Shown here: positions 48,495 to 61,282 of the stretch, in pieces | Numbering within the stretch: position 1 is the first letter of the stretch | Layout of the letters: each line of letters begins with the position of its first letter | Origin: Batkoa obscura | Taxonomy: Eukaryota | Direction: 5' to 3' | DNA: 64,000 nucleotides | Assembly (NCBI GenBank): GCA_030770535.1 | Contig: JASVEC010000014.1 | Span: 992,001 to 1,056,000, forward strand | The notes under the pieces: generated by a model | Databases searched by the model: none | What the model saw: only the letters and a program-made list of their open reading frames with translations | Told to the model about the DNA's origin: nothing | Program-made: the position numbers and the translations under genes

Positions 48495-49228
48495 AGTGTT
48501 ATAGAGACACTTGCTCTTGAGTAAAATAATTTAATCTGTAATTCTTACATAAAAAAGGGATTTAAATTATAAAGCTTTAATTATAAATGTTGATTTTCAA
48601 AATGGAGGGACTTTGTATATTTTTTATTTTGGCTTTGGTTTTGGATATTGTATATTGCATTTTTTAATATGTAATTCAAGCATATATTTTATAGATTGCT
48701 TTGGGTGTTATGGTAAGGTTTAAAAATTAGCATTTTATTATTTCAAATATTTATTAATAGTCAACTTTTGGATATAATAAGGGACTATACGCTCAATACT
48801 ACAATCACTATATAAACAATAGTATACTTTTTTACTTTTTGGGTCTGGAAATTATATAATCAAATGTATTTACAAACTATTACTTATTTTTATTATGTCT
48901 AGTGTTCATAAATATTTTTTATATTTGAAATAAAGATGAAGTCAATTTATATTGCTTCTTCACTTAACTAGAACAAATCCTTATGATAAATTACAATTGA
49001 ATGATGCTATATACTTTCAAAGTTAATTTTAAGTATATATCCTATTCAAGTTTATTTATAACTATTTCATTAAAACAATACACTTGCTAAATAACTGCAT
49101 TTTTTTGCATAAACATTTACTCCAGAAAATGAATTCTTAAAATTGTAGAAAGCGTTAGACTAGTTATGCAAAAAGCCATCATTTAATTAAAACATTTTTA
49201 CTTTATTATAATCAAAAAATTTAAGACA

Positions 49229-50184
49229 ATGTCAGGGAATCAAGAGCAAATTAACACTAACATAAACCAAGAAGAATCTAAATTACTATTAAATCAGGAA
49301 TTGAAAGAAACAAATGAATCTGTAGAAGGAAGTGAAACTCAAACAACTCAAGGTAATGAAAACAATTCAAATTCTGAAGAAAAGGATAATGAAAAAAATG
49401 AAGTCAAAATCAAAGCTGAAATTTTGGATGAAAGCATTGAATCTGAATCAAGCCTTCCGATAACTATTGATATTAAAAATGAAAACTCTTCCCATGAAAT
49501 TGGCGCTGATAGTAACGTAGGAGATGAAACTAAAACTCAAGTAAGCGCTGACCAATCAAATTCAAGGAGAAATTCAGAAGTTTCTTTGAATCAGGCTCAA
49601 GTTCAACTTCAAACTTCAGAGAAAGCACCAGCTGAGTCTATAAATAGTTCTACTACGTGGAACAGTGTCCAGTATCCTTCTAACTCAAAAAATGAAAACC
49701 TAGCTCCCGGAAGCAAAAGAGATCGAACAGTTGCTGAGTTCACATTTATGATGGACCATTACACACCAGTGGTAATTTTGTTTTTTTTAAAAGTTGTTCA
49801 AACATAATAATAGATTTAGATACCAGATGCAGCAATCAATTATTATTTGACTAGGTCAGGGTTTGATTGCCAAGACAAAAGAGTGTAATTATAGATTAAC
49901 AATTGTTTTTTAAACCTTTATTAATGTTTATTTCAGGAAAAGGTTACTGGGATTAGCAGCACAAAAATTTTTAAGCGACATTTGTAATGATGCTTTTCAA
50001 TATAGTAAAATCAGGACTCAAACTGGATCTAATAAAAAATCCAAAGTAATACAATGTTATTTACTATATAAATTTACTAATGAAATGTTCTTAGAGCAAA
50101 AAAACATGCCTCAATTCTGATGATTTATCTGCTGCATTATCCGAATACGGTATTAATGTCAAAAAACCGGACTACTATATTTAA
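49229..50184 (+). CDS. TAF10: TFIID/SAGA subunit Taf10, 4 exons
   Basis: MDHYTPVIPDA..NYYL..SGF...D.RVKRLLGLAAQKF.SDI.NDAFQY, DLSAALSEYGINVKKPDYY. Confidence 0.92.
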
Positions 50185-50598
50185 GCACTTTTTGATTTTT
50201 TAAACTAAATATAAGTTCTCTCTATGTTAACTGTTTATTATTTTTATATATATTGCTTTTATGAGCTTTCTTTAAAGTAGATTGTTTATATTCTAAAACA
50301 CCATACATAGGGTATAAAGATTTGTATTGTTAGCAATAGTTTTTCAAGATTTCATAGGAATAATAAAGGTAACTGAAGAAGTAAAAGTTAATGACAAGGT
50401 ATTTTTGATATATTAAATATTATAATGTACTATAATAAAGTCAACCTTATTGTATTAATTTGAATCTTACTTTTAATTCTAAAATTAAAAATTCTAATAA
50501 TTTTTAACTTGGATTGATCAAACAAAACAAATGCAATAATAATTCTAATTTTTTTAAAAAATAATTTGATCCCATAAAAGTTACACTTTGTTTAAAAA

Positions 50599-51589
50599 AT
50601 GGTAGCAAAATTAGAATTAATCAAGCAATTAAGTTTGAAAAACAGGGTTATAGCTCAAGTTTTACAAAGAAGTTATAAAACTAATGCTAGAAACAAAGAA
50701 ACACCTTTCATACCTGGTGTCCAAGGTTATTCTCCCGATTTTTCCCCACCTCCACCACCAAAAAGAAAAGAAAAAAAGGTAACCAAAATCAAGAAAATTG
50801 TACCAAAGATTGAAGTCTCAGGTAAAAAAGTACAAAACAAAGAACCTGTTACTGAAATAGCAAATTATAAGCAAACACTCACCGTTTTAAGAAAACAATA
50901 TTTTGAGGAGACTAAAACTGTCGAAGAACAAAGAGTACAAGAAGCATTGAAGCAACTAAAATTAAAAGAAGAGGCTGAACAAAAGGAAAAAGATAGATTA
51001 GAAAAGTTAGCTAATGAAACTACCAAAAAAAGAGAACAAGACTACTTATCTAGTTTAAATGTTTTCGATAAAGAAGAACTTAAGGCAGCTAGTGGAACAA
51101 CAATGAGTTATAATCCATTCACTGATCCAGAAGCCAAGTCCAAACGTATAGAAAATAAAAAACAAAATTTAGAAACTCAACAGGAAGAGCTCAAGAGAAA
51201 GCGTAAAGAAGCTTTGCTTCAAAAGTTTTACCAAGCTAAGAGCTTCGTCACACCAAACAATATCGATGACTATTTAAGAGAAACTATCGATAAACAAGGC
51301 TCAAGCTTCAGCTCTGGACTCAGTTTCTTATTATCAAGCTCAAAGGGTAGCGACCCTAGCCTTTCTTTTGATGCAGTTAATAGAAATAGATTTAATATTT
51401 TACAAGATACACTCAATAATACTATCAATGGCCAACCTAATGTTGATTATATTCAAGAAAATAAAAATAACCCAAGCAACAAAACTTGGTAAGTATTTCA
51501 ATTTATATTAGTTTTTTGCTAACAAACATTGTATTAGGACTTTAGAGAATGCATCCAAGCTATTACCTGAAGATTCTAAAAAAGAGTGA
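50599..51589 (+). CDS. Mitochondria-targeted coiled-coil protein, probably mitoribosomal mS26-like (2 exons)
   Basis: Basic presequence, long helical region, AKSFVTPNNIDDYL resembling the mS26 C-terminal motif. Intron 51490-51537 extends the ORF. Confidence 0.55.
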
Positions 51590-51754
51590 TATAATTATAA
51601 TAAAATAGAAAATCACTGATTTCATTTTTTGCTAATATTAAGTGTATTAATTTCTCCCTTCTTTATTAATTTATAAATTACAAATTATATATCGATATAT
51701 TTAAACTACAAAAGCATAATAAGTTTATTTTTTTAATGTATAGCAACATTTCTA

Positions 51755-52872
51755 TTAATTTAAAAGAGAATCTAGATCTGGTACAACCAAAAACTTTTCC
51801 TTGATAGGGGCTAAAGAGTAAGCTTCCTTATTGTTAGAGTCGAGAGCAACTATCTCTTGATGAAATGAAGTTTTTGATGCTTTAGATACCTAAAAAACAT
51901 TAAAATGAGTATTAAATAATAAACAAAAATAAAATATTACATTAAATAATATATCACCGTATTTCATCATAACCTTACCACTTTTATAAAATATCAACTT
52001 TCCAACTTTACCATCTATCTTATTTAATTGATCTATATATTGGTCACCATCTGGCTTACCCACTTCTTGGATTCCAGTATCAATTTTAAATTTTGGTAAT
52101 ACGGAAGGTAATTGAAAACACAACAATTCCTTTTTTGGGTTTAAATGGTCAATAGTATCTGAAAGGTTGCAAATGTTTTCTGATTTAATATTTAATTTCC
52201 TTAAATCACCTTCTATTTCTTCTTCTGATTTGATTTCTTCTTCTTCTACCTTCACTTCCCCTTCATAATGTACAAGCAATTCTGCATCTTCATATATTTC
52301 TTTGTTTTCTTCTTCTTCATTACTGATAGCAAATCCAACAGCGGAAGTTCCGAAACTGGTTGTATTTACACCACTTGATGCCTTTTTATTTCCAAATCCA
52401 GAGCCTAAACCCTTTAATAAATATTCATTTTAATATATTTAGTTTACTTAATCCAGTTGGACCCATAGCAAACGGTCCTGAAGCCGTCATTACTACTTCG
52501 CCTCTACCTCTGGTACTACCTCTACCTCTACCATCGTCTCTACCCTTTCCATCACCTCTACCTCGTCCTCTAGCTCTACCTAATAGAAATAAAATACTAT
52601 ACATAAAAAAAGCTAGTTATCTACCTCTTTCTTTTTCGAAAGTCTATGAAATCGATGTAAGTTATAAACAATGTACATAAATTGATATTTACCTTAGACT
52701 CGCTTGATTCTTGCTTTACTTCGATAGCTTGCTTAACAGGTTTATTCTTTTTAATTGGGGCCTTGGGAGCAAAACTTAATTTTTTAACACCACCCTTCGT
52801 ATAGCCTGGTTTTGGTTCTAAGTTCAATGATTCAGCTTCTTTTTTTATTGGGGGGTTATCTTTATTTTCCAT
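51755..52872 (-). CDS. RPC53: RNA polymerase III subunit RPC4/Rpc53, multi-exon
   Basis: ASGPFAMGP, FQLPSVLP, GKVGKLIFYKSGKVMMKYGDILFNVS...FHQEIV...KFLVVPD. Confidence 0.9.
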
Positions 52873-53019
52873 TTTTCTTAAGTTAACAGAAAATTAAATT
52901 AAATTTTTCAAAATTTATTTAAATTACGCATAAAATTTTATCCCTTTAATTTTGAGTATAGAAATGGATTTAGACGCTTTAGCCTTTTTATTCTCTATTT
53001 TTCAACTCATCATAGAAGA

Positions 53020-54498
53020 ATGAACATCCGAAAGTTAGCGAAATGGTTTGGATTAAGATGGTCAAATAAACTAGAAAATATGATTCCAAAGTTTGAAAGA
53101 GATTTGTTAATAATAGTGAATCGAACGATAAACAATTCAGAAGTAACTTTTGATGAAAAGGTACAAACTTTAGAGCAGATGCAAAAACAGTTTCAAAATA
53201 GTAAGTACTACGAAGGGTTATTAAGGGTGTATGGTAATTTTCAATTATTTGACAAAATGGAGGCTTGTATTAAAGAAATTGATAATAAAAAATTACCTTT
53301 TAACCAGCAAATGAAAAGTATTATAACTGAGTATGCTTTAATAAAACCTGTAGACCCTAAAAATCAAATAATGGCACAAAGCCTTATTAAAACTTATTCC
53401 AATATAACTAATGAATCAATTTGTTTTGCAAATGAAGATGGCACTAAAAATGTTAGCTTAGAAGCTTATTTAGATAATTACAAGCCCCAAGGGATCCTAG
53501 ACTTTGAAGAATTGAGCGGGATATTGAGCGTGGATGAAAAACCAGAGTTAATTATAGAGTTGATACAACATATGAACAAAAAGGATTTGAAAGTAAATAA
53601 GACTATTTATGATAGGGGAATTAGATCGTGTACAGAAGTAAAAAACCATAAAATGGGGATTCAGTTTATTAAACAGGCTTTAGGAAAAATAAAAACTATT
53701 GACCAGGAATTGATAGCTAAATTTATGAAAACTATGCCAAGGAGTGATATTGTTTCCCTTGTTTTAACATTAAAAGAACATCGAGAGTTTGAGCCTGGGT
53801 TGGCACTAAGAGGAGTGTTAACAAAGTATGATGAGAACTTAAATAAAACAATAGAAAAAGAAGAAAGTCAAGAAGGTAAAACAATGGCTTATAAAAAAAA
53901 GTTGAAGGATTTAATAAAAGGAGCGACTGAAGAATTTGACGAAATTCATAAGGAAATGATTGAAAATGGGATTATAGGTGATGGCTTTATTTTGAGTTAT
54001 TCTATTCAAAACCGTCTTCAAAATAATATGGTAAAAGAAGCAATAGATTTGTTTTGTAATAATGACTATAAAACAATTAAAGATTGTAATGAAATAATCA
54101 TTTCGATACTAAAAAAGGTTAATCGATATGGTACAGTTGAGCAATTAGCACGGTTGAATGAGTTTTTAAAATCAAATGATTACCCAATTAGCTCAGAGTA
54201 CTACATATTTTATCTACATGCTTTATATTTATTCAAAAAGTTCCAGCTTTTTGCTAAAGTGATTGAAAAGGATGTGATACCTCAAAATAAATTTAAAGTG
54301 GACATACTCTGGTATAGTAGATTTGTTCGTATTATAACCAAACACGATAGAAAAAGAAGCAAATATAATATAAGAGGTCTTATAAAAGAGTTATCAAAGT
54401 TTGCCGAAGTTGATAAAAAACAAAAACAGATTCCTCAATCTAAGAAAGATAAGGCTCGTATTGCTGAAGCCAATAAAGAAAAGACAAACTTTAAGTAA
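53020..54498 (+). CDS. Helical-repeat (PPR-like) protein, probably mitochondrial
   Basis: 492-aa intronless ORF with a basic N-terminus and degenerate PPR-like units (YEGLLRVYGNFQLFDKMEACIKEI). Confidence 0.6.
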   Translation: MNIRKLAKWFGLRWSNKLENMIPKFERDLLIIVNRTINNSEVTFDEKVQTLEQMQKQFQNSKYYEGLLRVYGNFQLFDKMEACIKEIDNKKLPFNQQMKSIITEYALIKPVDPKNQIMAQSLIKTYSNITNESICFANEDGTKNVSLEAYLDNYKPQGILDFEELSGILSVDEKPELIIELIQHMNKKDLKVNKTIYDRGIRSCTEVKNHKMGIQFIKQALGKIKTIDQELIAKFMKTMPRSDIVSLVLTLKEHREFEPGLALRGVLTKYDENLNKTIEKEESQEGKTMAYKKKLKDLIKGATEEFDEIHKEMIENGIIGDGFILSYSIQNRLQNNMVKEAIDLFCNNDYKTIKDCNEIIISILKKVNRYGTVEQLARLNEFLKSNDYPISSEYYIFYLHALYLFKKFQLFAKVIEKDVIPQNKFKVDILWYSRFVRIITKHDRKRSKYNIRGLIKELSKFAEVDKKQKQIPQSKKDKARIAEANKEKTNFK

Positions 54499-54763
54499 AA
54501 CTAATTATATGGACTATTGCTGTTTTTATTTATATTTTTTTATAGAAGAACTGTTTAAAATTTAACTTTAATAATAAAACTGAAGATTTAAAAAATAATA
54601 AAAATATCATAGTAATTTGTCTAACTTAATAAAATGCTTTTAAAGGTCTGTAATACCATCACTGAAGCATTTGGGAGAATAAATATAATAAAAGTTTGAT
54701 CTTTTTTGCATTAAAAAATTATTACTATTTAAATATTACTTTATATTTATAGAATAACTAAGT

Positions 54764-54835
54764 GGCTAGCTGGCGCAATGGTAGCGCGTTGGACTCCAGA
54801 TCTAGAGGTTAGAGGTTCGACTCCTCTGCTGGTCA
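54764..54835 (+). tRNA. tRNA-Trp (CCA), intronless
   Basis: Cloverleaf: acceptor GGCTAGC/GCTGGTC, D stem GCGC/GCGC, anticodon loop CTCCAGA, T arm AGAGG-TTCGACT-CCTCT, T5 tract 3 nt downstream. Confidence 0.95.
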
Positions 54836-54837
54836 AT

Positions 54838-54924
54838 ATTTTTGTGTTTAAGGATTTTGCTAATAATTTTTCTGCTCAAATAACGTTTAAAAGGGAAAAG
54901 TGATAAAGCCAAAAAAACATCCCC
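54838..54924 (+). mobile_element. MITE copy lacking its left terminal ~8 nt, abutting the tRNA
   Basis: ATTTTTGTGTTTAAGGATTTTGCTAATAA...AAAACATCCCC-ATAT. Confidence 0.85.
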
Positions 54925-56164
54925 ATATTTTACTTTTTTTCTCAACTAAGTTGGATGTTAAGGCTCCATCACTTACAAGATATCAAACTGAAAAACTAAC
55001 CCCAGACCTAAAATTTATTTGTCCGGCTCCTATTAATCATTCTATTTATTTAGTTAAATTCCATATTTCTGCTATTATTTACAATATCCGCTTACTCAAA
55101 CCTTGGCTATTTTGATAAATTAAACTCAAGTTTTTTTAGCTTTCAATTTTTCATAAAAAATATTATACAGCTGTTAACTCTTCTTTTAGCACCTTACTCT
55201 ATGTTTGCAAAAATAAATTGAAGAATAAAATAGAGACTCCAATATATTTATACTATGTTATAATATTTAATTAAAGTATAATTTAAAAACTTCTATTAAA
55301 AATTAATATCTTATTATATTTATTAATCAACAATGGTTAATTAAACGACTATATTATTTTATTAGAACAAGATAGCTCAATGATTAACATTAAAAATAAC
55401 TTTTTATTTAATAATTAAATGTAATATTTTGTACTTATCTCTTAAGTTTTAACTCAACTTTATTTTTTTAACTAAGGATTTTAATTCATTGAATAAATCT
55501 ATTAAATTTAATATATTGTTTAAATAGCATTTAAATCTATTATGTATTTTTAAATGTATAGATAACCTATGTAATAATAAATAAAGTAGTAGCATTTATT
55601 TACTAGTTTTATTTATTAAATAAATAAATTCAATAAAATAGTAACATAAAAATCAAAGAATTAATTTGTTACTGCCATATTTAGATTAAAGGATTTTGAG
55701 CAATTAATAATTAAAAAAGAGGGAATTAAACTAATATGATTATAATGCCACTTTAAATTAAACATTTGTATAAATAAATGTTTTCATTAAACTATGATTA
55801 TTTTTATTAACTGAAATTTACATTTCAGTTAGTAAATGTGTACAACTAATAAATTAAATACTTTGATTTACCGGATTAATTTATATTAAATTGATTATTG
55901 AAATTTCTGTAATAAAATTAAAAAAGTGCACCAAATATTAGTTACGATGGGTGTGAAAAAGTTAATGGGAAAAAACCAGCCACTTAAAAGGCTACAATCT
56001 TTAATTAGGAACACCTTGAAATGTTATTAGTAACAATACTTAAATTCAATATATCGAGGTTTTAACTTATTCTCTATTAATTAATATAATCTATTACTAT
56101 AGCCATTTTATAAAATACTTCTATTTTACTTTATTTTTGCTATTTAATTACTTTAACCTCAAAA

Positions 56165-58793
56165 ATGGCAAATGCCCTACATTATCAAGCTTTTAAGTCT
56201 TTTTTAGGCCCAGCAACAGTAGAAGGTAAATTAATATTTGATATATTATTTAGATTATAAACTAACGGTAATCAGGCTTCAAGTCTTCTTCAGCATTCAG
56301 AAAAGATGCAAGAGGGAAGCTTCAAAAATTACCTTTTGAACAATTTTCCGAACTAACTAAAGATGTATATGATGAATTAGTGAGAAGAACACAGGATATC
56401 GGTAATTAAAATATTTTATATCATGTTGGAATGATTGTAACAGATTAAATAGAATATAACGCGGCTTTATCTAACGATAGTTTACCAAGTAAAAGGAATC
56501 AAGCAAGACAAAAATTAGGGACCCTTTCAGATAAAAGATTTTATGATTTGGTTGGGGATCTTTTTATTGAAATTTTAATAAGGTATCCGGGAATTGATCC
56601 TGTAAGTTTTAATCTTCTTTAAGAGTTTATCGCTTTAATCATCGTCTTCCGAAGTTACTAGATCAACCAAAACTAATTTTAATTTATTTTAGTTATTAAA
56701 AGAAGATTCAGGTCATGATTCAGGAGGAAATTTATATAGCCTTCCTCAAAGTAACTCATCCAACTCATCCTTTACATATTTTGATTCAAATTTAACCATG
56801 TCAAAAGAAATACCGAATTTAACATCAAAACATATAGTATGTTTATTATTGCTATTTATTTTTTAATTTTAACTTGAAAATTTAGAATGGAGATAAGCAA
56901 AGCAATTATGCAAACAAATATGATAATGAGTTAAATCATGCTTTGAAGAGGAATCAATCTTTAGAAAGAGCTTTATCGGTAATTGTTTTAGAGATTTACT
57001 TCTAACAAATACTAAATCTTTCCCGTTTAGACACAAAACAGCGATCCCAACTTATCGCTTTCTAGGAAGAATACATTTAATGAAACGCTTTCAAATCCTG
57101 TAAGTATACTTTCAATAGCGAAATTATTAATAAATTTAACAATCGTTTGATAGAATGCATATGAAATTTTAAAGCAAGATTATCACATATTAAGGAAAGA
57201 GTTTGAAAAACTTAATATAAGTTATAAGAGCTTAAATGCCGAAAATGAAAAACTTACTGTTGAAAACGAAAATTTAAAACGTAGTTTAGCTATTTATGAA
57301 GTAATTTAATATATTTATTTTTTTATCAAACGCTAACTCTACTAGACAAATGAAACTCAGTCTATTGCATTACAGTATTCAACATTACAAATTGAGCATG
57401 CTGATTTGAAGGAAAAATACACTACAGAATTAAAAGTAAATTTTACAATAGCAAATATTTATTTATATTAATAAACCATAGGAACTAACCAATAAATATC
57501 AACATATTGATCAGGCACAAAGTGTACATAGAGAGATGTTTGATGCTATTGCAAAAAATGTAACTTAAATTCAAGTTTTACAATAGCTTAGCTAATTATT
57601 TTATAGAATGAAATTTTAGAATTTAAACTTCGTCAAGTAAATCAAGCATTAGAAAAATCACAAAGTAACTTTATTGGATTTAAGTCGATTTAATAAATAC
57701 TAAATATTTATTATAGAGGAATCATTGAATTCACTCAAGAACGGTTCTTCTATTGGACCAGTTAAAGATTATGGGAATAGCTATCTTATTCATGAAAACT
57801 TAATGAGAACCCTCCGTTCATCAGTAGACAAAGTTCTTAAATCTATACGGTAATTTCTTATCTACATTAGTAATAATTAAGCTAACTTTTGATAGATCAA
57901 AAAATTCAAATGATGTACTTTTATCTTTAAAACCGTTAACCGAAACAAGTCGTTCTATTATTGATGTAGTTGAACAATTTGAAGCTGAAATACAAGACTC
58001 AAAACAAAACTGTTCGATTCAAATTTCAAATAATAAAGAAGATTTTTCTTCAGCTTTAGCAAATTTAATGACCCTTGCTAAAAAAGAAGCAGCTTCATCA
58101 AACGCTCAAAATTTTGTACGCTTTGAGCATGAAGCTAAAGAGCTTTTATTGGCAGCAGAAGAACTTCAATTGTTATTACAAACCAACTTTTGCTCCTTAC
58201 CGTATTTCTCAAGCAAAAACAATCGCTATTCAAGCTTATCAAAAATGAATAATCCTTATAGGGATTCTTTTAATTCGAATCAGCAAACTCTGAATTATAA
58301 TACTAACCTTAGTCATATTTCGAGAATTCCCCAAGTTCATGAAGATCATGATTCATCTTCTAGTTCTTTAGAAGATGCTATTCTTGACCCATTAAGAGAT
58401 TATATCGAAGAGAAATCGGATGAATTAATTGGTTGTGTAGATTTAATTATGGAATTTGTTAGAAACGATGATTTTTCAATCCATTTAAGTACCGAAGTAG
58501 AAAATGTACATGATAAAGCAGTTAACATTATCAAAGAATTCAAACAATATAGACTTATACCCAGATTAATGGATTCACCAGTAATAGTAAATTCGATCAA
58601 AGGAGTTGAAAATGCCAATGAAAGGTTTTCTAGTTTATTAAAGGATTTGGAGCCTATTGTTGGAGCTAAAGATCTTACAATTGAAGAAATTGAAGAGCTA
58701 GATCCTACTATTAAGTTATTGAAAACACATTTAGCTTCTACATGTTTAGAGCTCGCAAAATCAATTAAACAATTAGCTCAATGCCTTATTTAA
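56165..58793 (+). CDS. SPA2: Spa2/GIT-family polarity scaffold, many exons
   Basis: Two SHD repeats (ARGKLQKLPFEQFSELTKDVYDELVRR; KRNQARQKLGTLSDKRFYDLVGDLFIEILIRYP), coiled coil, helical C-terminus ending ELAKSIKQL. Confidence 0.8.
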
Positions 58794-59887
58794 AAAAATG
58801 TTGAAATAGTTGAAATGTTCTTCGTTATTCATTTAATTCTAAATGTCAACATGAGAATTTAAAATGAAAGGCTGCTTATGTATATTCTATCATTTAAAAT
58901 TTTCTAGTTTGCTTAAGTATTCTCTTTTATAATAAAATTAACCACTTTTGAGAGTAGTTCATACTTATTTTTTATCAAACATTAAATTTTAATCTGTTGT
59001 ATTTATATGTCAAATATTATTATCGGAAGTAAACAATCATCTATTAAAATTTTAAATAAGAAAGTTTTTTGATCTAATTGTTTAAAATTGTTTTTAAAAT
59101 TGTTTTTAAAATAGCAAGAAAAGTCTAAAACTATAAACTTAGAAATAACTCAGGTAAGGGTTGGAGGCACCAATATTGGGCTACCATACAACTCAATCAT
59201 CAATGTACAAATAAGCTGAGTTATCAAAAAAGGTTTTTTAAATCTTCAACAAACAATATCAACTTCTTATTTAAGGGCAAAAGAATAATTGTAAGCATTT
59301 ATTGAGAAGATCCAACTCATGCTTATAAAAGAAAATTCAATTCCCAAGATATTGATACACACATAATAGTAATTGAAATAAGTGGATAGGAAGTATATAA
59401 TATTTTTTAAGATTAAATTTAGTGATTAATTAAATATTTATAAATTAGAAACTAGAGGTTGTGTTGTAATGCTTGCATCTCCAGCGTTAGCTTCTATTGC
59501 AAAATATAACTGTACCAAAGCATCTTGTTGAATCCTTGTTTTATACAAATTAAAGTGATTTAAAATTATACTTGATGAATTTTATTTAACTTAATTAATT
59601 ACTACTATTATTAAGTTCTATGGTTTGGTTTAAATAAAATAGATCACATTCTTAGCTAAAATAGCAAATTAAAGTGAAAAGTCAATTTACATTAGCTATC
59701 ATTTATGAGTTCATCTTTCTTTTTAGTAAATTACAATAAAAACTACTACTTAAGTATAAATCATTTTGATATTTAATAAAGAAACAATTTGAATAATAAC
59801 AATATAAAAGTTAATATTACTTTAATATTTAAACATAATATGTAAATTTATCTTTCAAAAATAAGTGCAAAACAATTATAAAATAAA

Positions 59888-61282
59888 TTAATCTCTAGCT
59901 ATTAAAACGCCTGAGCATGGTGGTGCTGGATTATTTCCTGGCCAGTCGCAATATGCATTTCCATTTGTGATAGCACAAACGGTTCCAGCTGGGCAAGCTC
60001 TTACTACCCATTTACCATTGTCACAGGTTGCAAAGTTTTGTCCATTGCAAGCTGCGCCACCATTACATGGTTGGCCAGATACTGGACAAGTTCCAGTTGG
60101 CGATGGGCCACTACTAGTGGTAGTGGTGGTAGAAGTGACTGGAGGCTTAGTAGTAGTAGTAGTTACAGGAGGCTTAGTAGTTGAAGTGGTAGTAGTGGTA
60201 GAGGTAACAGGGGGATTAATAGTAGTAGTAGTAGTAGTAGAGGTAGTAGAGGTAGTAGAAGTGGTAACAGGAGGAGATCCACAATTTCCAGTATTACTTA
60301 AATAATCTTTAATAATCTTACCATAAGTTTTACCACCAATAATATTATTTTCAGATTGAGAAGCATCCCACATCATAACACCAGCAAAAGTATTATTCGA
60401 TTTTAAATCAGAAACAATGCTTTGTAATTTATCGGTTGTAATATAACCAGAACCAGCAGCAGTTTGAGAAGCAGGAACACCAAGGATAAGTTTGATATTC
60501 TTATTAAAGGATTTGTTATGTGCCCATTTGTCCCAATCACCCCAATTCCAGGCCCATTGATTGCCATAATTCTGTACACCACACCAGTTGTTATAAAATT
60601 GGATATTGATAAAATCAATATAAGAAGATTCCATAATAGTATTTAAATTACCATCAGGGAAAACACATTGCGGAGCAGCGGATACATAATATTTTTTAGA
60701 TGGATCACTTTTGTAATAAGTTTGAAGTTTACTTAAGAAAACATCATAATAGGCTTGGGAACCGCCTTCTAAATCTAAATCAATACCATCTATTTGAGCA
60801 TCATCAAATGGACGATATTTATGATTTCCTTTCATAAACATATTCCAAATAGTATCTGCAAATTCAGAAGCAGCAGCTGAGGAATCAAAACCAGTACGAG
60901 CAATAGCACCACCTAAACTTAAAATGATTTTCTTACCCTTAGATTGGCAATATTTAATATCTTGACCAATCTTAGGACAATGTCTTAATTTACTTGCAAT
61001 TGGATCAGTGAAAAAGTCTTCACAATGATTAGAAAAGTTAATTTCAGGGAAGCTAGTACCTGCATTGAAATTATTTAAGAAAGATAAATTAATGACATCC
61101 ATATAACCATCATCACAATATTTAGCTAAGTCTTTTTCCCAAAGCTCTGGATTATTCAAGTGTGCGCCACCATAACTGTTTTGGCCCCAATAGAAAACTT
61201 GATTGTTATTACAATTTAAGTCGAAACCAACGATAGAACTAATTAGAGTAGGGAGAAGAGCTAAACCAAAATTTTTATACAT
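59888..61282 (-). CDS. Secreted GH18 class III chitinase with Thr/Pro linker and CBM19-like domain
   Basis: Signal peptide, YWGQNS, SLGGA, DGIDLDLE, APQCVFPD, IQFYNN, GVMMWD, Cys-rich C-terminal module. Confidence 0.95.
   Translation of the reverse strand: MYKNFGLALLPTLISSIVGFDLNCNNNQVFYWGQNSYGGAHLNNPELWEKDLAKYCDDGYMDVINLSFLNNFNAGTSFPEINFSNHCEDFFTDPIASKLRHCPKIGQDIKYCQSKGKKIILSLGGAIARTGFDSSAAASEFADTIWNMFMKGNHKYRPFDDAQIDGIDLDLEGGSQAYYDVFLSKLQTYYKSDPSKKYYVSAAPQCVFPDGNLNTIMESSYIDFINIQFYNNWCGVQNYGNQWAWNWGDWDKWAHNKSFNKNIKLILGVPASQTAAGSGYITTDKLQSIVSDLKSNNTFAGVMMWDASQSENNIIGGKTYGKIIKDYLSNTGNCGSPPVTTSTTSTTSTTTTTTINPPVTSTTTTTSTTKPPVTTTTTKPPVTSTTTTTSSGPSPTGTCPVSGQPCNGGAACNGQNFATCDNGKWVVRACPAGTVCAITNGNAYCDWPGNNPAPPCSGVLIARD

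Noticed and set aside
59967..60305. Val-rich ORF on + strand (and similar antisense ORFs at 2209, 14270, 14621, 16043, 52360)
   Set aside because: Antisense shadows of real genes or low-complexity linkers.
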